Origin: an uncultured Chloroflexia bacterium
GTDB taxonomy: Bacteria > Chloroflexota > Limnocylindria > Limnocylindrales > CSP1-4
Assembly (NCBI GenBank): GCA_963720755.1
Contig: CAVRGP010000011.1
Span: 160,001 to 224,000, forward strand
Length of the DNA stretch: 64,000 bases
Direction: 5' to 3'
Below the pieces are notes generated by a model. The model ran no database searches and had not been told where the DNA came from. It saw nothing but the letters and a program-made list of their open reading frames with translations. This document shows positions 6,601 through 14,342 of the stretch, one piece after another. Position 1 is the first letter of the stretch. Each line of letters starts with the position of its first letter. A program made the translations under genes and the position numbers.

Positions 6601-8431
6601 CGCCCCGATCGAACGGGCCACCATGGCCGATCGGGTCGTCGTCCAGTTCGACAAGCGCGATGTCGAGACGCTGAAACTGATCAAGCTGGACCTGCTGGGT
6701 CTCGGGATGCTGGCGGCGATGGACGAGACGCTCCAGCTCATCGAGCACGATTGCGCCGTCTGCCTCGACCTGGATCGATTGCCGGAGGACGTGCCGGAGG
6801 TCTTCGCGATGCTCCAGGCCGCCGACACCGTCGGGGTCTTCCAGGTCGAGAGTCGAGCCCAGATGCAGACCCTTCCCAAGTCGCGGCCGAAGAACCTCGA
6901 CGACCTCGTCGTGGAGGTCGCGATCATCCGGCCGGGCCCGATCCAGGGGAATGCGGTCCACCCGTACCTGCGCCGCAAGCAGGGCCTCGAGCCGGTGACC
7001 TATCTCCACCCCAGCCTGGAGCCTGTGCTCAAGGACTCCCTGGGCGTGATCCTGTACCAGGAGCAGGTCATGCGGATCGCCATCGACGTCGGTGGATTCT
7101 CGGCGGCGGAGTCGGACGGGTTCCGGCGGGCGATGGGCACCTGGCGTTCGAGCCGGGAGATGGAGAAGCTCCACCAGCGCTTTGTCGACGGCTGCCGGCG
7201 CCAGCCGGGCATGACCGATGAGATGGCCGAGGAGCTGTTCCGTCAGGTCGCCGCCTTCGCCAGCTTCGGGTTCGCCAAGTCGCACGCGGCGGCGTTCGCC
7301 CGGACGGCCTACGAATCGGCGTTCCTCAAGCTGTTCTACCCAGCCCAGTTCCTGGTCGGACTCGTCAACGCGCAACCGATGGGCTTCTATCCCGTCGAGG
7401 TCCTGGTCAATGACACCAAGCGCCATGGGGTCGCCGTCCTGCCAGTCGACATCAACGCCTCGTCGTATCGGACGACGACCGAATGGGTAGGTCGCCCCGA
7501 TGAACCACTGCCCGACGGTGCCGGTATCGAGGTTCGTCCGGAGCCGGTCCGCTCACCCGCCTGCATCGTGCCGTCCGCCGAGGCGCGTGCCCGCTGGACG
7601 CCGGAGGTGACCGACGGCTGGGGCGTTCGTCTCGGCCTCCACCTCGTCAAGGGTGTCGGGGAGCAGCACGCCGCGGTGCTGGATGCGGAGCTGGCACATG
7701 GCCCGTATACGAGCCTGGCGGATGTCGTGGAGCGGACCGGGTTGCCGGAAGAGGTCGTGGAACGGCTCATCCGGACCGGGGCTCTGGATTCGCTGGGCCG
7801 GCCACGGCGCGAACTCCTGTGGCAACTCCGTGAGGTGGCTGGGGCAGCGCGTGGCCGGGTGGACGGGCGAGCACTGCGCGGGTCCGGGAGGGCAGCCGGC
7901 AAGCGGTCCGCGGCGGCCGGGCGTCCGATGGACCTGCGGCTGCCGGCGACGGAGGCGCCGGACCTGCCAGCCATCACCGAATCGGAGCGGATCGGCGACG
8001 CCTATGCGGTCATCGGGCTCGATGCCCGGCGCCAGGTGGTGACGCTCTTCAGGCCCGTGCTCGAACGGATCGGTGCCGTGTCCAACGCGACCCTGTCCGA
8101 GATGGCGTCTGGCCGGGTTCGGATCGGTGGGCTGGTGGTCACCCGGCAACACCCGATGACGGCCAAGGGCACGGTCTTCCTCGCCCTGGAGGACGAGACG
8201 GGGATGGTCAACGTCACGCTCTGGCCGGACACCTGGGCTCGACTACGCGGTGTGGTCAGGCGGCACGCGCTGCTGCTGGTGGATGGGGATCTCCAGCGCG
8301 AAGGCGAGGTCGTCAACGTCGTCGCCAGATCGATCAGGCCACTCCCCGAGGTCGCAGCAGAGGCCGGTGGACCCGACCGACCAGCCGGTGTCCGTCAGCT
8401 CGGTCACGCCGGCATGCGCCGGCTCGGATGA
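3647..8431 (+). CDS. dnaE2: Error-prone DNA polymerase III alpha (DnaE2/ImuC) with large insertions
   Basis: PHP ELHCHTNFSFLDG; GRGSAASS; palm PDVDIDF and KLDLLGL; FPRHLSIHSGG; GVFQVESRAQ; FGFAKSHAAAF; OB fold RQHPMTAKGTVFLALEDETG. SOS box upstream. Confidence 0.93.
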   Translation: MAPIPYAELHCHTNFSFLDGASAPDDLVDQAVSLGLTGLAITDHNGLYGAVRFVQAAESAGLHPVIGIEVELLDPVVPDPFGVVMPARRARRRAPGRDRVGNSVAGVSTDVTDGSPIRPRPSPTRLPGHRDPVKEDLRGIGERVRGPHLVLLARSQVGWRSLCRLVSRANMAGTKGVPRFSQALLAEHTDGLVALSGCREGELVRRLRIGDLSGARSVAERYATLFGRGDGPAASGFFIELSHHLLADDDWLVAGSVAVAETCGLPAVVTNDVHYARPDDRELADVLTAIRHGRSLETLGALRRPDGESYLKSGPELAMVGSSLGDAVGRTWTAAISTASELAASCSVDLGFEQYRFPGFAVPNGETPFSYLVELCQAGARRRYHPLTPPVVKQLAHELGVIEQTGLAEFFLICWDLMRFAKERGIPAQGRGSAASSIVAYVLGITRVEPIRHNLLFERFINEGRTTYPDVDIDFSSERREEVIQYVYRRYGPEHTGMVCNLVTYRARSAVREVGHALGFPRPLVDRVAKALETYDSVMVRRDLEADGGFAEFFRRSGDDPDPATAGAVAAAAGYRAGGHGVAAAAALAGKRGLTDAMGQLNHARGGRIVPGAATAPEPPTAPEIRAAPPTAAEPPTATAPEPPAAPGAETAPEIRAEPPTAPAPPTAAAAEPPAAPGAETAPEPPTAPALRIAAEIRAEPPTAAALRTAPPTAAAAEPPTAAALRIAPALQGLRQTTSGFVSGESSDPKQPDSAGKLRSTSGSHAQRPVPMATGGRVGAPNTNDADIRQGRGPAHADIRQGRGPAHADIRQGRGPAHADIRQGRGPAHADIRQGRGPGPYPLAPVADVRPGARTDDEGGPGDTPASVAWLRDGRGTGYQADRDRLVGPQLVEGRRVDPESGQLEPPPRAADKLGRPTRWDPPAAGSSVARVEPASPPQPRGGSTVGLSDWERWLEFCARIDGFPRHLSIHSGGMLVTAAPLIDIAPIERATMADRVVVQFDKRDVETLKLIKLDLLGLGMLAAMDETLQLIEHDCAVCLDLDRLPEDVPEVFAMLQAADTVGVFQVESRAQMQTLPKSRPKNLDDLVVEVAIIRPGPIQGNAVHPYLRRKQGLEPVTYLHPSLEPVLKDSLGVILYQEQVMRIAIDVGGFSAAESDGFRRAMGTWRSSREMEKLHQRFVDGCRRQPGMTDEMAEELFRQVAAFASFGFAKSHAAAFARTAYESAFLKLFYPAQFLVGLVNAQPMGFYPVEVLVNDTKRHGVAVLPVDINASSYRTTTEWVGRPDEPLPDGAGIEVRPEPVRSPACIVPSAEARARWTPEVTDGWGVRLGLHLVKGVGEQHAAVLDAELAHGPYTSLADVVERTGLPEEVVERLIRTGALDSLGRPRRELLWQLREVAGAARGRVDGRALRGSGRAAGKRSAAAGRPMDLRLPATEAPDLPAITESERIGDAYAVIGLDARRQVVTLFRPVLERIGAVSNATLSEMASGRVRIGGLVVTRQHPMTAKGTVFLALEDETGMVNVTLWPDTWARLRGVVRRHALLLVDGDLQREGEVVNVVARSIRPLPEVAAEAGGPDRPAGVRQLGHAGMRRLG
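5476..5841 (+). repeat. Mosaic in-frame tandem repeat inside dnaE2 (EPPTA / EIRA / APGAETAP / ALRIA modules)
   Basis: Recurrent GAGCCACCGACCGCG, GAGATACGGGCC, GCGCCGGGCGCCGAAACCGCGCCC and GCGCTACGGATCGCG blocks. Confidence 0.9.
6002..6159 (+). repeat. Perfect 33-bp tandem repeat x4.8 inside dnaE2 (ADIRQGRGPAH)
   Basis: GCCGATATCCGGCAGGGACGCGGGCCAGCACAT at 6002, 6035, 6068 and 6101, plus a 26-bp partial copy at 6134. Confidence 0.97.
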
Positions 8432-8432
8432 A

Positions 8433-8545
8433 GCGGAATGGATGCCTCCGACGGACTCACGTCAGGCTGCCTTCACGGCCCGAGCTTCCGTTGCCGGCCC
8501 CCCAACCATCAAAAGCCGTCGGAGCGCATCCACCCATCCATTCGC
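8433..8545 (-). ncRNA. Candidate structured RNA of unknown class
   Basis: 16-bp closing stem (8439-8454 with 8516-8532, one bulge). Interior UGAUG/CUGA motif and hairpins CCG-GCAA-CGG and GCC-GUGAA-GGC on the minus strand. Confidence 0.4.
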
Positions 8546-8632
8546 ACCAACTGCGCGATCGGATTGCCGACACGCCGAATCTCTCGAAACCAGGTCGCGT
8601 CCGTCCCGGGGGCGCCGTCAGGGCGCCCGCCC

Positions 8633-9391
8633 TCAGCGCTTGGCGCCGGCTTTCTGCGATGCGCTTGTCCGTGTCCGGCCGTCGCCGGCTTTCGGCTTGG
8701 CCGTCTGCGACTGGCGGTTGCGGTTGGGACTCGACAGCGCCAGGAAGCGCCGATACCACGCCGCCGCGGCGGCGAAGAAGGATCCGATGATCGGCGACAG
8801 GATGAGAGCGGAGAATGCGACGTCACGCGCCTGCGCGGCAGTCGGCAAGGTGCCGACGTAGATGGTCGACGGGAAGCCCATCACGAGGACCGAGTAGCAC
8901 AGGGCCGAGAACAAGCCGACCACGACGCCCAGGAGCCAGCTCGACCGCGGTGCCAGGAACCCGGCGATGAAGACGCCGCCGATCGCCGGCGTCTGGATGA
9001 AGTACTGGAACGCGAATTCGGACAGGACGTTCTGTCCGCCCGACGCGACGATATAGATGGTCGAACCGATCGTGATCGCAAGTGGGATCCAGAGCGCCTT
9101 CGTGTGCAGGGCGATCCACGGCAGGGACGCGACATCTTCGCGGACGTTCATCGGCCGGAACGACAGCCGGAACGCAGCGGCGAACCCGACCCGCCCGGGT
9201 GGGGTCGCAGAGGATCCCTTCGTTCCGGACGAGGATCGGCCCGATGACGCGGACGTGGTTCGGCGCCGCGTCGTGCTCGGGGCGCCCTCGTCGTCGGTGG
9301 CCTCAGCCGCCTCGATCTCGGTGCTGGCCGCGTTCGCGGCTCGATGGCGGCGTCGCGCTTCGGCGCGTTCGGTCCTCTTGGCGCGTGCCAC
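8633..9391 (-). CDS. Hypothetical membrane protein (about 4 TM, basic termini)
   Basis: GGAG SD before GTG; hydrophobic segments; typical GC3 codon use. Confidence 0.8.
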   Translation of the reverse strand: MARAKRTERAEARRRHRAANAASTEIEAAEATDDEGAPSTTRRRTTSASSGRSSSGTKGSSATPPGRVGFAAAFRLSFRPMNVREDVASLPWIALHTKALWIPLAITIGSTIYIVASGGQNVLSEFAFQYFIQTPAIGGVFIAGFLAPRSSWLLGVVVGLFSALCYSVLVMGFPSTIYVGTLPTAAQARDVAFSALILSPIIGSFFAAAAAWYRRFLALSSPNRNRQSQTAKPKAGDGRTRTSASQKAGAKR

Positions 9392-9541
9392 GGTGTCTCC
9401 TGCGGTCGGGTCCGGGGGTGTGCTGCGCATCGTAGTCGAACGCGCGTGGGCGCGGGATAAGCCGCGGTGCAGCGTCGCCCTGTACAACGATCCCACCCCG
9501 CCGCCGCCCGCCCATCCTGCTTTCCCGCCGGGAGGTCATCG

Positions 9542-12500
9542 ATGGATCGTTCCCGGCGCGCGGGGTTCACCGCGCTCATCCTGATCGGCCTGGTCGTCGC
9601 ATCCGGAGCGTGGATCAGCCCCGGTGCGCGCGCGGCCTCCGTCGCCTGGCCACCGTCGACGCTCCTCATCTCCGAGATCCAGACGGGCGGGACGTCGGCG
9701 TCGGACGAGTTCGTGGAGATCGCCAACCAGGGGAACGCCCCGATCGACCTGATCGGACTCGAGGTCGTCTATGTCACGTCGTCCGGATCCACGGTCACGC
9801 GCAAGGCGACCTGGGCGACATCGATCAGCCTTGACCCGGGGCGCCGAACCCTGCTGGCGAACGCCGCGGGGCTCTACGGTCCGATCGCGGACGCGACCTA
9901 CTCGGGTGGGTTCGCGGCGACCGGCGGCGCACTTGCCCTTCGGGTGGTCGGAGGCGCCGTGCTCGATGCGGTCGGCTGGGGCGACGCCTCGAACGGGTTC
10001 GTCGAGGGGGCGCCGGCCCTCGCGCCCGCCGCCGGATCGAGCCTCGAACGGGCGCCCGGGGGATCCCTGGGAAACGGGTCCGATACGAACGACAACAGCG
10101 CCGACTGGTTCGTCCAGGGCGCCCCATCCCCGCAGGGTCTCGATGCACCGGCCGTTCCCGGTGCGCTCCCGTCGCCCTCGACCACACCCATCGCGACCGC
10201 CACACCGACCGCGGCGCCGACGCCGTTGCCGACACCCATGCCCACACCGTCGCCGACGCCCGCCCCGGTTGCGACACCGACCCCTCCGTCGACACCCGCA
10301 CCAACCTCAGTGCCGGCGCTGACGCCGATCGGGACCGCGCGGGCACTGGCCGACGGCACGGTCGTCTCGATCGCGGGCGTGCTGACGACCGCGCTGGGCG
10401 CCGTCGAATCGGGTCAGGGTGGGTTCGTCCAGGATGGGACGGGTGGCATCGCCGTGTACCTCGACGCGACGGTCGTCGGGGCCTGGCCGGCCGGGACGTC
10501 GGTCACGTTGACCGGAGCCGTCTCGAGCCGGTACGGCCAGCGGACGGTCAAGACCGCGGAGGCCTCCGTCACGGCGGGTATGCAGGAAGCGTTGCCCGAC
10601 GCTGCCGATCTCGCGACCGGCGACATCGACGAGTCGCACGAGGGGACCCGGATCCAGACTCGGGGCAAGGTCATCGGTGGCGCCGACTCGCTCGCGGATG
10701 GACTGGCGGTCGACGTGGACGACGGGTCCGGCCCGGTCCGTGTCGTCGTCGGCCCTGACGCCCTGCAGGACATGGTGCTCGGGTCCGGGCTCTCGGTGGT
10801 CGTCGCCGGGCCACTCGGGCAGCGTGACAGTTCCGGGACGGGAACAGCCGGATACCGGATCCACGCGACGCTGCCGGGCGATCTCACGATCATCGCCCCG
10901 GATCCGACGCCCGTCCCGACGCCGCCGGTCCCGACGCCCGTCCCGACGCCGCCGGTCCCGACGCCCGTCCCGACGCCGCCGGTCCCGACGCCATCGCCGA
11001 CCGTCTCGCCGTCGCCCGGGCCTCTGACCGTGATCGATGCTCGGTCGTACCCGGTCGGTTCGATCGTCCACACGATGGGTGTCGTCGTCGCCGAGGCCGG
11101 ACGGATGGGCGCTCCCACGTTGCTGGCCATCGGATCGGACGATGCCGGGTTGGTCGTCCACCTACCGGCTGGCCTGGCCGGCTATCCACGCGGCACCGTC
11201 CTCGATCTGACCGGCAGACTCGCCGCGCCGTATGGACAACTGGAGATCCGTCCGGCCAACGCCGATGTTCGCTCGGTCGGTTCCGATCGTCTGCCGACCG
11301 CTCTGTCGCTCCCCGGCGGCGGCCTGGACGAGTCGCTGGAAGGTCGGTACCTGACCGCGACCGGCCGACTCACCGGCCGACCGAAGTCCTCCTCCGGCGG
11401 TGACCTGACACTCCTGTTCGAGCGCGACGGGACGCCCACGTTCAAGGTGATGGCCGACGTCTCCAGCCGGGTCGACGCCGCCTCGCTCCAGGTCGGAGCG
11501 ACGTATCGGATCCTTGGCGTGGCGGGCCAGCGGGCCAGCCGATCCGGCGCACTCGACGGCTATCGGATCTGGATCCGCGACGCGTCAGATCTCGTTCTGG
11601 TGAGCGGACCGGATCCATCGGCCACACCATCCGCATCGCCGGGTTCGCCAGGCTCGTCCTCGAGCGCCCGCGCTCCCATCACGATCGCTCGAGCCCTCAA
11701 GATCGACGACCGCGAGGTGACCGTCGTGGGCGTCGTCACCGCGCCCGCGACGCTCCTCGACAGCACCGGCCGGCGAATCGTGATCCAGGACGCCTCGGCC
11801 GCGGTCGAGGTCCTCGTCCCGACCGGGGTGAAGGCACCGGCCGTCGGTGCCAGGGTCAGGGCCGACGGCAAGATCGGGGTCGCCTATGGCGCACCGCGGT
11901 TCCGGGCAGACCAGATCGTCGTCGTCGGTTCCGCGCCAGCACCGAAGGCGGTCGTCCTGCACGCCGGACCACGGGAGGTCGATGAGTGGCGGCTGGTGAC
12001 GGTGACCGGCCGCGTGACCAGCATGAGCAAGCTCGGTGATCGCTGGCGCGCGGAACTGCGCGTCGGCACGGCCGCGGTGGTCGTGGTCGGTCAACCGGGC
12101 GCTGGCATCGCCAGTGGCAGCCTGACCGAAGGTCGTACCGCCTCGATCACCGGCATCGTCCGGCGACCCTATCCGACCGCGACGGACCGTCGCTTCGCGG
12201 TCACTCCGCGCTTCCCCGCGGACGTCCACCTCGGTGCCGCCCCTGCTGGGCAAGGCGGCTCGAATACGGTCGCGGGTACCGGCACGGGGGCTGGACCATC
12301 GGCGTCGGCCGATCCAACGGTGCCCGAACCGATGGACGCCGACCTGATCGACCTCGACGCGGCCACCGGGACACTCGTGCGGGTCGGGGGATTGGTCGAC
12401 GCCCTCTTCTCGGATGGTTTCAGCCTGGACGACGGGACAGCGATCGGGCGGGTCGTGCTTCGCGGCGCCGTCCTCGAGCGGCTGATGCTCGTCGAGCCAG

Positions 12501-12946
12501 GCGATGCCCTCAATGCCACCGGTCGTGTGGAGCTGACCGCCAGCGGGCCGGTCGTGGTCGTCGCTGATGCCGGCGGGCTCGCCCAGGCGGGCGATCCGGT
12601 CGCGGCGCTACCGACTCCGGTTCCGAGCGCACGGGCGTTCGAGCTCGCAGGGATTGCCTGGAGCTCGGCCCCGACTGCGGCACAGCCGCCACGAGCGACA
12701 CCGTCGCCGAGACGCGACGGCCCGTTCCCGCCCGGGGCCGGGATCGCGGGTGCCATCGCGCTCCTCGCCATCGCCGGGGTCTCCCTGGTCGGCTCGACCG
12801 TCCGACAGCGGCAGGTCCGGCGCCGATCGTCAGCCCGGATCGAGGCCAGGCTGGCCACCTTCGCGGGTCGCCCGGCCGTCCCATCGGCCGCCTCGCTCGA
12901 CCCACGCACGGCTGAGCGTGGGTCGAGCACGATCCACTCGGCTTGA
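9542..12946 (+). CDS. Surface protein: signal peptide, lamin-tail domain, about 7 OB-fold-like repeats, C-terminal membrane anchor
   Basis: GGAGGT SD. LTD motif LLISEIQTGG.SASDEFVEIAN...DTNDNSADW. OB-like FVQDGTGGIAVY, VDDGSGPVRV, VIQDASAAVEV, LDDGTAIGRV. Pro/Thr linkers. TM followed by RQRQVRRR. Confidence 0.85.
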   Translation: MDRSRRAGFTALILIGLVVASGAWISPGARAASVAWPPSTLLISEIQTGGTSASDEFVEIANQGNAPIDLIGLEVVYVTSSGSTVTRKATWATSISLDPGRRTLLANAAGLYGPIADATYSGGFAATGGALALRVVGGAVLDAVGWGDASNGFVEGAPALAPAAGSSLERAPGGSLGNGSDTNDNSADWFVQGAPSPQGLDAPAVPGALPSPSTTPIATATPTAAPTPLPTPMPTPSPTPAPVATPTPPSTPAPTSVPALTPIGTARALADGTVVSIAGVLTTALGAVESGQGGFVQDGTGGIAVYLDATVVGAWPAGTSVTLTGAVSSRYGQRTVKTAEASVTAGMQEALPDAADLATGDIDESHEGTRIQTRGKVIGGADSLADGLAVDVDDGSGPVRVVVGPDALQDMVLGSGLSVVVAGPLGQRDSSGTGTAGYRIHATLPGDLTIIAPDPTPVPTPPVPTPVPTPPVPTPVPTPPVPTPSPTVSPSPGPLTVIDARSYPVGSIVHTMGVVVAEAGRMGAPTLLAIGSDDAGLVVHLPAGLAGYPRGTVLDLTGRLAAPYGQLEIRPANADVRSVGSDRLPTALSLPGGGLDESLEGRYLTATGRLTGRPKSSSGGDLTLLFERDGTPTFKVMADVSSRVDAASLQVGATYRILGVAGQRASRSGALDGYRIWIRDASDLVLVSGPDPSATPSASPGSPGSSSSARAPITIARALKIDDREVTVVGVVTAPATLLDSTGRRIVIQDASAAVEVLVPTGVKAPAVGARVRADGKIGVAYGAPRFRADQIVVVGSAPAPKAVVLHAGPREVDEWRLVTVTGRVTSMSKLGDRWRAELRVGTAAVVVVGQPGAGIASGSLTEGRTASITGIVRRPYPTATDRRFAVTPRFPADVHLGAAPAGQGGSNTVAGTGTGAGPSASADPTVPEPMDADLIDLDAATGTLVRVGGLVDALFSDGFSLDDGTAIGRVVLRGAVLERLMLVEPGDALNATGRVELTASGPVVVVADAGGLAQAGDPVAALPTPVPSARAFELAGIAWSSAPTAAQPPRATPSPRRDGPFPPGAGIAGAIALLAIAGVSLVGSTVRQRQVRRRSSARIEARLATFAGRPAVPSAASLDPRTAERGSSTIHSA
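10904..10992 (+). repeat. 27-bp tandem repeat x3.3 encoding a PTPVPTPPV linker
   Basis: CCGACGCCCGTCCCGACGCCGCCGGTC at 10904, 10931 and 10958. Confidence 0.9.
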
Positions 12947-12972
12947 CGCTCGTGAGAAGGCGGGGCTATCCT
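12943..12972 (+). promoter_or_regulatory. Sigma70-type promoter for the nucleoside phosphorylase
   Basis: TTGACG-N18-TATCCT. Confidence 0.55.
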
Positions 12973-13003
12973 CGCCCGAGTTTCGCGCCAGCGAAGCGGC
13001 CAC

Positions 13004-13891
13004 GTGAGCGAGGGAGCGGTCTTGCCGAACGCGGATACCCGCGTCATACATCCGGATCGCCGGATCGCGATCCGAGCCGGAGAACGGCAGTACCACATCG
13101 AACTCGGTCCAGGCGAAGTGGCCGAGTACATCCTCCTCCCCGGCGACCCCGATCGCGCGGCTGACATCGGCTCGCGCCTGGAGTCCATCGAGGTCGAACG
13201 TCGAAATCGCGAGTTCGTCTCAGTCACGGGGGTGTACAAGGGCCAGCGGGTCTCGGTCATCTCGACCGGGATCGGCACGGACAACGTCGAGATCGTGGTC
13301 GCGGAGATCCTGGCGATCACGGAGCGGCCGACCCTCATCCGGATCGGGTCGTGTGGGGCGCTCCAGCCGGAGATGACCCTTGGGGACCTGACCATCACCA
13401 CCGGGGCGGTCCGCCTCGAGTCGACCACGAACTACTTCGTCCACGATGGGTACCCGGCCGTCGCCGATTACGAGACCGTTCTGGCACTCATCGAGGCGGC
13501 GGAGCGGCTCGGCCATCGGTATCACGTCGGGATCACGGCCACCGCTCCCGGGTTCTATGGTGCGCAGGGGCGCCCGATCCCGCAGTTGCCCATCCGCTAC
13601 CCTGACCTCGCGAAGGAAATGACGAGTCAGCGCGTCATGAACTTCGAGATGGAGGCATCTGCTCTCCTCGTCCTCGCGACCCTCGCCCGCTGTCGAGCCG
13701 GCGTCGTCTGTGCGGTGTATGCCAATCGGTCGACCGGTGAGTTCGTCAGTGCCGAACAAAAGGTCGCGGCCGAGGCGGCGTGCGTCGAGACCGGGCTGGA
13801 AAGCCTCCTCGTCCTCGCCGATATGGATCGACAGAAGCGTCAAGCCGGGACGGACCGCTGGCGGCCGTCACTCTGGAAGCACACCATCTGA
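13004..13891 (+). CDS. udp: Uridine phosphorylase (PNP/UDP family)
   Basis: LLPGDPDR, NREF, STGIG, IRIGSCG, GFYGAQGR, NFEME. Confidence 0.85.
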   Translation: MSEGAVLPNADTRVIHPDRRIAIRAGERQYHIELGPGEVAEYILLPGDPDRAADIGSRLESIEVERRNREFVSVTGVYKGQRVSVISTGIGTDNVEIVVAEILAITERPTLIRIGSCGALQPEMTLGDLTITTGAVRLESTTNYFVHDGYPAVADYETVLALIEAAERLGHRYHVGITATAPGFYGAQGRPIPQLPIRYPDLAKEMTSQRVMNFEMEASALLVLATLARCRAGVVCAVYANRSTGEFVSAEQKVAAEAACVETGLESLLVLADMDRQKRQAGTDRWRPSLWKHTI

Positions 13892-13960
13892 GCAACCACG
13901 GTTGACTGGATGCGGGACAAGGGATCTCGCACCAGGTGGCACGGAAGAGGAGAAGCCCAC

Positions 13961-14101
13961 ATGGCCGAAGCCTATTGCGTCAAGGACAAGAAGAAGGTCG
14001 AAGTCCAGAACGCCCAGAAGATCACGATGAAGAACGGCAAGCCGGCGATCCAGGGCACCTGCCCGGTCTGCGGCGGAAAGGTCTTCCGCATCGGCGGCTG
14101 A
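13961..14101 (+). CDS. DUF5679-like small basic zinc-ribbon protein (46 aa)
   Basis: AGGAG SD; AYCVKDKKKVEVQNAQKITMKNGKPAIQGTCPVCGGKVFRIG. Confidence 0.85.
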   Translation: MAEAYCVKDKKKVEVQNAQKITMKNGKPAIQGTCPVCGGKVFRIGG

Positions 14102-14129
14102 CGCCGCGATCGAGATCTGAAACAGGACA

Positions 14130-14158
14130 CAGGACCCCCGCCGATGGCGGGGGTCCTG
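14130..14158 (+). terminator. Intrinsic terminator-like hairpin
   Basis: CAGGACCCCCGCC-GAT-GGCGGGGGTCCTG, a perfect 13-bp stem. Confidence 0.7.
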
Positions 14159-14342
14159 CCCGTTTCGGGCATTTCGGACCTCGAGCGTTCGGCCGCCCCT
14201 TTGGTACGATGGTGTCGACGCCCCGAGCCAGGTGGATCCGCGATGTTCACGCGGCCTTCGGCACGAGCCACGCGTCTGATCGTTCCGTCACCCAAACGTC
14301 GAGCGGGTTCGCCCGACGCTCATCTCGCCAGGAGGTCCCACC

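Noticed and set aside
8460-8510. SRP RNA or SAM-I riboswitch
   Set aside because: It lacks the SRP CAGG/AGCAG loop and the SAM-I AUC..GAG/GAU core, and it lies 3' of both genes.
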